Virus record (IMG/VR): IMGVR_UViG_3300011727_000001
Span: 83,900 to 110,579 of that record
From: a virus
Lineage: Duplodnaviria > Heunggongvirae > Uroviricota > Caudoviricetes
Length of the DNA stretch: 26,680 bases
Direction: 5' to 3' (one strand)
Shown here: positions 8,528 to 16,678 of the stretch, piece by piece
Layout of the letters: each line of letters begins with the position of its first letter
Numbering within the stretch: position 1 is the first letter of the stretch
Notes under the pieces: generated by a model
The model's input: the letters and a program-made list of their open reading frames with translations, nothing else
Database searches by the model: none
Told to the model about the DNA's origin: nothing
Translations under genes and position numbers: made by a program

Positions 8528-9759
8528 TAGCCGAACACTCGCTGGGCGTATTCTTCAACCGCTTGTTTATCAATGCGAGACAAGCGGTTGGAGAATGACA
8601 GTTTCAAACCTTCCTTCCAGTCACCACCGAAATACATGCCGAGATCAGCAGCATTAATCAGCTCACGCGGTGAGATAGTCATAGAGATCCGACTATCTTT
8701 AAAGCTATCGCGAACATTCTTGGCGAATTTGACGATCTTTGCGGCCGTAGACTTATCGACGCCGGTTTTCGAAACAAGGATGGACTCTTCTACCGCCGCA
8801 TCCATGTATTCGACCTCTTCAACGATCGGAAAACGCGAATAGTTGGCAGCGTTCTGAATCAAGGTGCCTTGATACAGACCAGTTTCGTCACCAACACCGT
8901 TGGTGTTGCCGGTGGCTACGAAACGGAAGTTCGGATGAGGTTTGATCACGCGTAACTCAGGCGGGGCGTCTTTAATGACAAGCGGCTTACCTTCAAGCAC
9001 CGGCTGATAAACGGCGGTCACAGACGGCATGGCGAAGTCGTATTCGTCGGCGCAATAGACCCACCCATTCATCATAGCCATCGGAAGAGGGCCGAGCTGA
9101 AATTCGGTTACTGTGTGTGGTTTTTGAAGTGTTTCGCGCTGGCCGTTTTCGCCAAGAACTTCTTCTTCCGAAAGCTTCGTGCGAACCGAGTATTGGCCGA
9201 GAATATGAGCCTCTTCGGTATTGATAGTATGCTGAACGCGAACGAATGGGCGACCGGTGCGAGCGCAAACCTGCTCAAGAGCAGTCGTCTTACCAGTGCC
9301 GTGAAATCCCCAAAGATAAACCGGCTTGTTGATTTCCAGACCAATGATGATCTTTTTCACAAGGTCGATATTGAACACGTAATCGTGATCGACGGCTTGA
9401 ATATAAGGAAGCGCCTGTTCGGATTTATCTTCGATAACGGCGATTTCAATTGGATTACCAATCGAACTACGCGCCGCGCGCGCATCGCCAAACTCAAAGA
9501 TATCATGGAGATAGTTCTTCTTACCAGAAGTCACGATGTTATCACCTGACTGCGCCTGTGCTTTCGCTTGGAGACGCTGCAAGATTGCTGCTTTGGCTTT
9601 ATCCGAAAGGATCGGCGCGTCAGGAAACTCTTTCTGGTAACGCTCGATAGACCAGTCGGGATGATTGTCGCGCAAATGAGCTTGAATGGTATGAACTCTT
9701 GCACCATCAATCTGACAGACGATTTTTCCATCTGAATTTGTGTTGGCCTGATCAGCCAT
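8527..9759 (-). CDS. MoxR/CobS(CbbQ/NirQ/NorQ)-type AAA+ ATPase with N-terminal C2H2-like element
   Basis: Walker A GFHGTGKT, Walker B YCADEYD, 'HPNFRFVATGN', C-terminal 'ISPRELI'. Start moved to ATG 9759 (RBS AAGAGG 8 nt upstream). Confidence 0.92.
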   Translation of the reverse strand: MADQANTNSDGKIVCQIDGARVHTIQAHLRDNHPDWSIERYQKEFPDAPILSDKAKAAILQRLQAKAQAQSGDNIVTSGKKNYLHDIFEFGDARAARSSIGNPIEIAVIEDKSEQALPYIQAVDHDYVFNIDLVKKIIIGLEINKPVYLWGFHGTGKTTALEQVCARTGRPFVRVQHTINTEEAHILGQYSVRTKLSEEEVLGENGQRETLQKPHTVTEFQLGPLPMAMMNGWVYCADEYDFAMPSVTAVYQPVLEGKPLVIKDAPPELRVIKPHPNFRFVATGNTNGVGDETGLYQGTLIQNAANYSRFPIVEEVEYMDAAVEESILVSKTGVDKSTAAKIVKFAKNVRDSFKDSRISMTISPRELINAADLGMYFGGDWKEGLKLSFSNRLSRIDKQAVEEYAQRVFG

Positions 9760-9794
9760 GTCTTGCACCTCTTTCTCTCTCTCGCGTGTTGCGA

Positions 9795-9850
9795 TATGTA
9801 ACTAATTACTTACTGTTAATTTCAGCGGGTATCAAGTAAGGACTTACTTA
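9795..9850 (-). promoter_or_regulatory. Tandem pair of 18-bp operators upstream of the AAA+ gene
   Basis: TATGTAACTAATTACTTA (9795-9812) and CAAGTAAGGACTTACTTA (9833-9850). Confidence 0.75.
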
Positions 9851-9874
9851 TTTTTGTTGATACCCGCTGAAAAT

Positions 9875-12574
9875 TTAATTGGTAAGAATAGCCTTCAATT
9901 CGCGCATCACCTCAGTAGGGAGATCCTCCACGCGATTAAGGACGATATGGTTTTTATAGAAACGACGCACCGCCTGATCCATGATGCCGATACCAACCAG
10001 ATCAATGCCGATTTTTTCGAGTTTTTCCGTGGTCTGCTTCAAATGACCAGCCGCGTTTCTCGCGCCAGCTGGCTGCCCATCAGACAGAACGAGCATCACT
10101 TTCCGCTTTTCACGCCTACGCATAAGACGAATAGCCGCGTATTCGAGGGACTCGCCGTCCACGTTCGTAACCATGCCGTTTTGAGCGTTAGCCATATACG
10201 CGATGCGTTTTTTAACTTCGGAATTAATCCGTTCGTCAAATTCTTTGTAAATTGGCATCACGATCGGAACTGTGCGGTGATAGGTAATTCCCTTCTGCGC
10301 GTCTTTCCAAATTTGCTGACTTGCTTCTTCCATGGCCTTGCGAGAACCGGTGCCGCGATGATCGCCGGTTGTAAAGCCCATTAGCTCGCAAGGAATACCC
10401 ACACGCTCAAGCGTTTGAGCAAGCGCATATGAGGCGACCATAGCCGTCTCAATCTTTGCGCCACCCATTGAGCCGGAGTTGTCCACCAAAAGCGTTACAG
10501 CAGTTTCCTTCGACTTATGTTCCTGTTTTCGATTAAAAAGACGATCATCGCCTTGGACGATGCGGTGAAGAGACGGGCCATTTAAACGACCTGCTCTGAA
10601 GCCTGGAACGCGAATGACATGACTTTGCGAAGCCATCATACGCTCAATATCCTTCTGCATTCTTCCCGTCATAGAGCGAGTTTTCTCGTCTAGCTCCGGC
10701 ACCCATGCAGGATTGATTGTGGGCGGCTGAAGCACCTCAATACGGTCGAATTCACGGGTGTAGACGTTATAGTCATTGTCCTTCAGAAGATCGACCGCCT
10801 CATTTGCAATCAGAACAGCAAGCTGGCTAGAAACATCGGCTTTATCAAAAGCATCATCCGAGAAATCGAAAAGCGATTTACCCAGTCCGCCACCAACGCC
10901 ACCTCCGGAATTATCCGTGTCGTCTTCCGCTACACCAATATCACCAGCCTCGTGATCATCCGTCTGAATTGCTAAACGATCGGCTTTTTGCCCTTCTTCA
11001 CGCGATGAGCCTTCTTTATCTGGATCATCTTCGTCGTCACCATTCTCTTCACTTTCGCCATCTGATGAAAATTCATCATCCTCATCGTGGCCGCTTCCCG
11101 CATCGGACTCGTCGCCTTCCTGCGCTTCATCATCGGTGGCATCATCAGCATCTGGCGCATCCTCTGGATCACCCGACGTGTCGTCGTCACCTTTGTCGTT
11201 TTTCTCCCCATCTTCATCAGGTGATTGGTCTTCGATGTTGCCGTCATCTTCCTCTGCCTGATCGTCGCTATCGGACTTTTCGTCGGCGTCTGGATCTTCG
11301 ACTTCATCATTCTCCGGCCGCTCTCCTTCAGCCTCGTCATTTTCTGATCCGGATTGCTCACCTTCCTGCTTATCGTCCGCATCATCTTGCAATTCCTCCT
11401 TATCACCTTGCGATGCAGCCTTAGAATCCTCAACGTCGGCGTTATTGTTCGCTTCGCCGTTAGCATCCTCATCAGATGCCTCATCATCAGAAGGTTGATG
11501 ATCACGCTCCCCGGTTCCATCACCTTTACTTGCTTGCTTATTCGGTTTGTCCTGAGATTCGCTATCGGACTGCTGATCCTGGCTTTCACCACTCTCCGAA
11601 CTGTCTTCGGAACTTTTACTGCTGCTACAAGGTGACGGCGGGGGCGTTATGTATTCGAAAGCGTCGACCTTGCTTCCGAGGCCATGCTCGGTTTGAATTT
11701 CTACAGTCACGAAACCAGCCGCGTGAGCCGGGGTCTCCACAACGACGTTCCGCACATCCTGATGCGCAAGAATTTTAGCAAGGCTGCCGTCAAACTTGAC
11801 CCACTCGATATCCTGAAAGTTCGTGCCTGTGATTTTGACCGGATCGCCACCAACAGTGAAACCCTGATTAGGAGTTACCGCCGTGATAGTTGGCCGTGGA
11901 ATGACAGGATAAAGAATGCTGTCCAGAACCTTGGCAACTTCAAGAGTTTCGCGTGTGGTGCGAGCCTTTAAAAGACTCTTTTTAACCGGAGCTGAGAGTT
12001 TACCAACCAACTCTTTAACAAGCGGATTATCCCAATGATTTTCATCATCCATATAATCCTGGAATTCTGTATGACCGGCGAGGGCGCGCATCAGCACGAC
12101 AAGAAGATAACTAAACTTCTCCTTATCGTTTTTTGCTACAGCGACAGCCGGCTTGGTGATTTTTGCAATAAAGTGGCGACGAAGATCGCCAATATTCTTT
12201 TTCGACCCAGGAAAGATGCGCTCCATTTCGCGCTCAATCATGGTGTCCTCAATGATGTTGTGAAGGGAGCGCAAACGCTGCACCTTTTTATCCATCAGCT
12301 GCTGCTGCGTCACGCGATAACCAGCAACCCAATCCCAATCGGTAATGAGAACGTGGCCTACCTCGTGATCGATAAAACCCTGGATAGCGCGAACGAAACT
12401 AGGCTCGGCCGTATCCGGTATGTTGGGAATATTCACCTGTTCGGGTTTGCGAGTTACAGGGTTTGCAATGACATACGCTTCTGAACCGCGTTGTGTAACC
12501 CTTAATCCCTTACCGACGAGCATCGGAATGAGCTTCGTGACAACCTCACGAAGCTCTACAATCTCACGGTTCAT
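9875..12574 (-). CDS. CobT-like vWA protein: HExxH domain + IPT/TIG domain + acidic linker + vWA
   Basis: DHEVGH...HNIIED near the N-terminus; PTITAVTP..G...GG..V.ITGTNF (IPT/TIG); ~240 aa Asp/Glu-rich region; vWA MIDAS LLVDNSGSM...DGES...VLSDGQP. Confidence 0.9.
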   Translation of the reverse strand: MNREIVELREVVTKLIPMLVGKGLRVTQRGSEAYVIANPVTRKPEQVNIPNIPDTAEPSFVRAIQGFIDHEVGHVLITDWDWVAGYRVTQQQLMDKKVQRLRSLHNIIEDTMIEREMERIFPGSKKNIGDLRRHFIAKITKPAVAVAKNDKEKFSYLLVVLMRALAGHTEFQDYMDDENHWDNPLVKELVGKLSAPVKKSLLKARTTRETLEVAKVLDSILYPVIPRPTITAVTPNQGFTVGGDPVKITGTNFQDIEWVKFDGSLAKILAHQDVRNVVVETPAHAAGFVTVEIQTEHGLGSKVDAFEYITPPPSPCSSSKSSEDSSESGESQDQQSDSESQDKPNKQASKGDGTGERDHQPSDDEASDEDANGEANNNADVEDSKAASQGDKEELQDDADDKQEGEQSGSENDEAEGERPENDEVEDPDADEKSDSDDQAEEDDGNIEDQSPDEDGEKNDKGDDDTSGDPEDAPDADDATDDEAQEGDESDAGSGHDEDDEFSSDGESEENGDDEDDPDKEGSSREEGQKADRLAIQTDDHEAGDIGVAEDDTDNSGGGVGGGLGKSLFDFSDDAFDKADVSSQLAVLIANEAVDLLKDNDYNVYTREFDRIEVLQPPTINPAWVPELDEKTRSMTGRMQKDIERMMASQSHVIRVPGFRAGRLNGPSLHRIVQGDDRLFNRKQEHKSKETAVTLLVDNSGSMGGAKIETAMVASYALAQTLERVGIPCELMGFTTGDHRGTGSRKAMEEASQQIWKDAQKGITYHRTVPIVMPIYKEFDERINSEVKKRIAYMANAQNGMVTNVDGESLEYAAIRLMRRREKRKVMLVLSDGQPAGARNAAGHLKQTTEKLEKIGIDLVGIGIMDQAVRRFYKNHIVLNRVEDLPTEVMRELKAILTN

Positions 12575-12590
12575 CTTTCTCTCCGATATA

Positions 12591-12619
12591 TAAGTAATCT
12601 ATGACTTATTTTTATAGCG
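12591..12619 (-). promoter_or_regulatory. Operator TAAGTAATCTATGACTTA with adjacent -10 CGCTATAAA
   Basis: Operator 12591-12608; TTTATAGCG 12611-12619; immediately upstream of the vWA gene start. Confidence 0.75.
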
Positions 12620-12842
12620 TCAATTTTTGGGCTTCAAATGGATAAATAAGGATTGAGTTTCCAAATGCTGGAATGACCACGAAAACAAGTCCGTCTTCGT
12701 TATGCTCTCCCGAATAGACAATAACGCCGCCGCCATCGGTTTTATGAAGATTGGTGAGTTGATCTACTTTTGCCTCTGCTTCTTCCTGAGTTACAGAGAC
12801 CATTACCTTCTTGCTCAATTCTACCATTAACGTATCTTTCAT
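12612..12842 (-). CDS. Hypothetical protein, 76 aa
   Basis: Fills the gap between XRE and vWA genes; operator TCAGTAAGCCATTACTTA (12847-12864) just upstream. Confidence 0.7.
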   Translation of the reverse strand: MKDTLMVELSKKVMVSVTQEEAEAKVDQLTNLHKTDGGGVIVYSGEHNEDGLVFVVIPAFGNSILIYPFEAQKLTL

Positions 12843-12878
12843 ATTGTCAGTAAGCCATTACTTACTATTAATAGAGCT

Positions 12879-12908
12879 AAAAAACCGGCCAAATACGCAG
12901 GCCGGTTT
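12879..12908 (-). terminator. Rho-independent terminator after the XRE gene
   Basis: AAACCGGCC / GGCCGGTTT stem followed by a T run on the minus strand. Confidence 0.75.
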
Positions 12909-12929
12909 AGTGCGACTGCAAATTAAAAA

Positions 12930-13337
12930 TCATGCTTTGGAAGCGAAAAGTTTCGTCAATCCGTCTTTCAACTCAACGGTCAAATCTGGATTTGTGCCAT
13001 TCGAGGCTTCGCGAATTGTATCGAGAATCTCTTTTTCGTTTTCCGTGATTACCGAGTTAAAGAGGGGCATAAGCTCCTTCAAAACGGCTTCATCAAAGAA
13101 TTGCTCCAACGCGAGGCGGAATAAAAACGCCGGATCTGCTTCAAGTGCCTTAGCCATACTTGGAACACGATCCAAAGCCAGCTTAGAGCGACCTTTTTTC
13201 AACATCGAAATGAAGTTTGGATTAGCAAAACCTGCTTCTTCCGCGATAACCAGCTGAGATTTTCTATACTGCAGCTGGTTAAGTCTCTCATTAAGATATT
13301 TCTGTAGATTCGACTGACTGTTTCCGGCAGTCTCCAT
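12930..13337 (-). CDS. XRE/Cro-CI-family HTH regulator (candidate repressor)
   Basis: 'KSQLVIAEEAGFANPNFISMLKKGRSKLALDRVPSMAKALEAD' is a typical XRE HTH; -10 TGCTATAAA at 13382-13390; own terminator. Confidence 0.85.
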   Translation of the reverse strand: METAGNSQSNLQKYLNERLNQLQYRKSQLVIAEEAGFANPNFISMLKKGRSKLALDRVPSMAKALEADPAFLFRLALEQFFDEAVLKELMPLFNSVITENEKEILDTIREASNGTNPDLTVELKDGLTKLFASKA

Positions 13338-13461
13338 ATTAAATTTTCCCTTTTTCTATCTCTATCGCGTTGTGTAATTTATTTATAGCAGCTGGCGATA
13401 GGGGCTCTATGAAATAAGAGCCGTAAAAGAATATGGTCGAGTGTTCCCATAGCGGCAATAA

Positions 13462-13479
13462 TAAGTCAATAGCTACTTA
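13462..13479. promoter_or_regulatory. Operator copy TAAGTCAATAGCTACTTA between divergent XRE and RHH-repC units
   Basis: Two mismatches to the consensus palindrome. Confidence 0.6.
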
Positions 13480-13644
13480 TTTAAGTTCAGCGAGTTCCAT
13501 AATAAGGGTTATGCACTCCAGTTGAAAACCACATCTTAAAAAGGGGTTATGGTTAAATATGCTTTAAAAGTTACACGTAACCCTTGCCAAATCAGTCAGA
13601 ATCGCGGTTACTCGCACCGTTGTAATTTGTATGTGGAGATTCGT

Positions 13645-13845
13645 ATGTCTGCTGAAAAAGCTGAAAGGCTTCGTGAGCGTCGTCGAGCCAAAGGTATGAA
13701 AGAAACTACGATCTGGTTGACGCGTGAAGCGGATCAGACGATCTCCAACATTGTTGAGTTAAAGGGCCTCAAAAATCGTTCCGAGGCCATACAGTATGCG
13801 TTGAGCCGGCTTTCCTTCAACGAGGAGACCCAATCGAGGAACTGA
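13645..13845 (+). CDS. Ribbon-helix-helix (CopG/ParG-like) protein, 66 aa
   Basis: GGAG RBS before ATG 13645; beta strand 'ETTIWLT' then helices '..ADQTISNIVELKGLKNRSEAIQYAL'. Confidence 0.7.
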   Translation: MSAEKAERLRERRRAKGMKETTIWLTREADQTISNIVELKGLKNRSEAIQYALSRLSFNEETQSRN

Positions 13846-13850
13846 CAAAA

Positions 13851-13930
13851 GGAAAAAACCCCAAGGCTGCAACCAAGGGGTTTTTGAAACTCATCGCTGC
13901 ATTGGCAACGTGATTCGGCATACGCTTCCG
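13851..13930 (-). ncRNA. Candidate counter-transcribed RNA (ctRNA) of the repC replicon; ends approximate
   Basis: Minus-strand TTGACA at 13954-13959 pointing away from repC, and hairpin AAAAACCCC...GGGGTTTTT (13854-13885) with A/U tails on both sides; same layout as repB-repC intergenic ctRNAs. The -10 match is weak. Confidence 0.55.
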
Positions 13931-13959
13931 TTTTTCACACGCCTACATGCTGTTGTCAA

Positions 13960-13980
13960 CACTGAATCACCGATTCAGTG
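13960..13980 (+). promoter_or_regulatory. Stem-loop in repC leader (S-element-like)
   Basis: CACTGAATC-ACC-GATTCAGTG perfect 9-bp stem containing two GANTC sites, 35 nt before the repC ATG. Confidence 0.6.
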
Positions 13981-14015
13981 AATGAGATCCTTTGTCCAAA
14001 AGGGTAAGAAATAAC

Positions 14016-15119
14016 ATGCAGACGGTAAATTCCGGCTGGCGGCGACCTGCGCGCATCGCTCAGCCCTCTACCCCGCCGCCGGAGGTAGGGCTGAAGGAAC
14101 TATTTGCTGCCTCACGTTTAGCTGTGACGGCGTTATCACTGCGTTCCAGTCAGCGCTTTGTTCTCGATCAGCTGGTGGGCTGTTTCAGAGGCGAGCTGAT
14201 TCATGGTCGCTATTTAGTATGGCCATCTAACGAATTTCTGATGGAACGCACCGGACTTTCCGAGCGCGCTGTTCGTTACGCTATCCGTGGATTGATTGCG
14301 GAGGGCGTCATTACTTCCAAGGAGTCGGCGAATGGCAAGCGTTTCGCAGTGCGCTCTAAAAGCGGTCAGATTACGGACGCTTATGGCATAGATTTATCCC
14401 CTCTTCTGCAGCGTCAGGCTGAATACAGCGAACGATGTGAGGAGATTAAGGTCGCTCGTGAATACCGGAGACGCCAATTCGACGAGATCACCATCTGCCG
14501 ACGGTCTACGCAGGAAATGCTTAGCGTTCTGTCACGCGTGACGGATAAAGAGCCAATTGATGACCTTCTGAGGGAATTTGACCGTCAGGTTGAAATGTTA
14601 CCGCGACGGGATAGCCTAGCCAGCCCTGAAGCCGCTCTTGCATCATGGCGTGCTCTCTTGGAAGTTACACAATCAAGATATGATGCCGCCTTTGGGGGCA
14701 ATAACAGCCGTATCATTAAAGACAACAACGAGAATCCTGACCAGTCTTGTTACAAAGGCTTTGAGGATATTAAGCAAAAGCGGACAGAGCCAACCATGGT
14801 CGAGATCGCAGATGCTTGTCCAGACGCAATGCAGTATGTGACAAATGTGAGAACGGAACGCGACCTTATAAATGAAGCAGGAAGATTGCGCGGCGTTTTT
14901 GGCACACATGAAAGCGCGTGGCACGAGGCAATAGAGTTATTGGGGCCGGCGCGCGCCGCAAAGGCGTTTTTCGTAGTGCTGCAAAGATATTCCGATGATG
15001 CCGGTCAAACCATTAAGAACTTCGGCGGTTACTTCCGCGCTTACGTTCGCATGATTGACACTGGCCGCGTTGATCTTAACGAGGAGGTGCGCGGGATGCG
15101 CCGACGACGAGCGAATTAA
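14016..15119 (+). CDS. repC: Plasmid replication initiator RepC (repABC family)
   Basis: 'SGWRR' N-terminus; 'VWPSNEFL...SERAVRYAIRGLI.EGVITSKESANGKRFA....AYGIDLSPL' matches RepC HTH and 'RDSPNGKRY..FGFDLSPL'; C-terminal 'IKNFGGYFR'. Start set at ATG 14016. Confidence 0.9.
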   Translation: MQTVNSGWRRPARIAQPSTPPPEVGLKELFAASRLAVTALSLRSSQRFVLDQLVGCFRGELIHGRYLVWPSNEFLMERTGLSERAVRYAIRGLIAEGVITSKESANGKRFAVRSKSGQITDAYGIDLSPLLQRQAEYSERCEEIKVAREYRRRQFDEITICRRSTQEMLSVLSRVTDKEPIDDLLREFDRQVEMLPRRDSLASPEAALASWRALLEVTQSRYDAAFGGNNSRIIKDNNENPDQSCYKGFEDIKQKRTEPTMVEIADACPDAMQYVTNVRTERDLINEAGRLRGVFGTHESAWHEAIELLGPARAAKAFFVVLQRYSDDAGQTIKNFGGYFRAYVRMIDTGRVDLNEEVRGMRRRRAN

Positions 15120-15150
15120 AAAAAAAGGAGGTGCATTGTAAGCACCTCCT
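15118..15150 (-). terminator. Strong rho-independent terminator (minus strand)
   Basis: AGGAGGTGC / GCACCTCCT stem (15126-15150) followed by a run of T on the minus strand. Confidence 0.85.
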
Positions 15151-15195
15151 GAGAGAGAAAGTGTTGCTTTAACCCAGCAACGGGGTATCTGATGT
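15118..15195 (-). ncRNA. Candidate ~77-nt sRNA
   Basis: Consensus extended -10 TGCTATAAT at 15201-15209 lies after the ligase stop, followed by a hairpin (15163-15181), a CU-rich stretch and the terminator; no plausible CDS in between. Confidence 0.45.
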
Positions 15196-15230
15196 TGTAT
15201 ATTATAGCAGAATATCAATCGGATACGGGA

Positions 15231-16661
15231 TTATTTTGATTTTTCTCCCGCTTTATCATCACGAAAGCATTTAAATCGTGGATGTCGAAGCGACCCGTCA
15301 GGCGTTACTTCGTGATACTCGACCTCGATCATTCGTCCGAGCAGCTTATATTCATGGTCGTTTTGAAGGCGTCCGAAAGGAATTGAGTGACCTGGTTTGT
15401 AGCCGACCATTGGATTAATTTTCAAATGGCGAGCATCCTCGCACCAGAGTTCCCACAATTCTTGACGCAATTCTTTTGAATAACCGCCACCAACACGCAC
15501 TTCTACGCCGTTACGATTGACGATCAAACCGCCAATGGTGTTTTCGAACTCTTTATTAGGTTCACCATTGTAAACACCAACGATGTAAAGATCGTCAGTC
15601 TCTTCCGCTTTGATCTTCAACCAACCATAGGATTTTTTCTTGTCGTAAAGCCCCTTTGGATCTTTCACCATCGCGCCTTCAAGACCGCGCTCCTGAAACT
15701 TGTCATAAAGCTCCATGATCTCGGCGTGACTATTGACCAAATAGCGCGGCGTCTTGGTGATGATTTTGTCGTCTGCATGGCTAACAAACTGCTCAACCAG
15801 ACTTCTTCGGCTCATATAAGGGCTACCAACCGAACCGGTAGCGTCGAAATCCGCGAATGACATAATGTCAAAGACGTTGAAAAGCGCATCTTTGGCCGTT
15901 TCGCTTGTTCGGCGCAAAGCTCCCGTTTCCGCGAAAGTATCATTCACGGTCATTTCACCATCAACCATGAAATTAAGACTAGAACGCGTATAAACACCCA
16001 AATGCCCAGGCTTGCTGCTGAGCGTATAAGAAAGATCGCCTCTTACCTTATCATTTTGCAACGCGGTAAGCGCTGTCTGGATCATTGGTTCAACCAGATG
16101 CTCTGCAGCTGGAGCACGTTTGCCGGATCGGGTAAAGAAGCCACCGCTTCCTTCGCGGCACAGGAACGTAAACCGATAACCGTCCAGTTTAGGCTCAACC
16201 ACTTGCGGCCAAGATTTGATGCGTTTTTCTTCATAATGATGGGCGCGCATCACAGCGAATACCGGAATAAGACCTGGCATTACCGTCTGAATAGAGGACT
16301 CTGCAATTCCGCAGCGAAGATCCTTATTAAGGATACGGAACAAAAGATCTGCGCCATCATCAGTTGATGCCTCAAAAGCAACACGCACAACATCCGCCGC
16401 GGCATTACCCGTCAACTCTCGCTGTGACAGCTTATGTAAAAGCGGCTCAATATTTTGAATGGTGAATTCTGTTTTCGTCGTGAAATTGGAACCAGCCTTA
16501 ATGGGTTTCAGGCCATAGGTGATGAATGGATCATACGCCCATTTAACAATGAATTTTCCAATATCGGTTGTCAGCAGTTCCGCCAGTAGCTCTTGTTTTC
16601 CAATTCGGGAACTTTCGGCTGCAATCTGCTCAACTTTGGCGAGAGCTTCAGAGGCATTCAT
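15231..16661 (-). CDS. ATP-dependent DNA ligase
   Basis: Adenylation motif EPKLDGYR, MVDGE, LFNVFD, EGAMVK, KIK, C-terminal OB 'EVEYHEVTPDGSLRHPRF..FRDDK'. Confidence 0.95.
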   Translation of the reverse strand: MNASEALAKVEQIAAESSRIGKQELLAELLTTDIGKFIVKWAYDPFITYGLKPIKAGSNFTTKTEFTIQNIEPLLHKLSQRELTGNAAADVVRVAFEASTDDGADLLFRILNKDLRCGIAESSIQTVMPGLIPVFAVMRAHHYEEKRIKSWPQVVEPKLDGYRFTFLCREGSGGFFTRSGKRAPAAEHLVEPMIQTALTALQNDKVRGDLSYTLSSKPGHLGVYTRSSLNFMVDGEMTVNDTFAETGALRRTSETAKDALFNVFDIMSFADFDATGSVGSPYMSRRSLVEQFVSHADDKIITKTPRYLVNSHAEIMELYDKFQERGLEGAMVKDPKGLYDKKKSYGWLKIKAEETDDLYIVGVYNGEPNKEFENTIGGLIVNRNGVEVRVGGGYSKELRQELWELWCEDARHLKINPMVGYKPGHSIPFGRLQNDHEYKLLGRMIEVEYHEVTPDGSLRHPRFKCFRDDKAGEKSK

Positions 16662-16678
16662 ATGTAACTACTTCCTTA
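16661..16678. promoter_or_regulatory. Operator-like copy TATGTAACTACTTCCTTA overlapping the ligase RBS/start
   Basis: Two mismatches to consensus; fills the short intergenic gap. Confidence 0.5.

Noticed and set aside
10969-11778. Long alternative-frame ORFs and apparent repetitiveness in the acidic linker
   Set aside because: By-product of GAT/GAA/GAC-rich low-complexity coding; no exact tandem unit.
8527-12574. Cobalamin biosynthesis (cobS/cobT) annotation
   Set aside because: No cobN or other cob genes here; phage context and extra domains fit a generic MoxR-vWA chaperone.
13549-14015. Longer starts for the RHH gene (13549) and repC (13992); canonical repABC operon
   Set aside because: Better RBS and family-typical N-termini at 13645 and 14016; no ParA/ParB-like genes adjacent.
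14937-15218. 93-aa minus-strand ORF
   Set aside because: Crosses a terminator and overlaps repC antisense; not protein-like.
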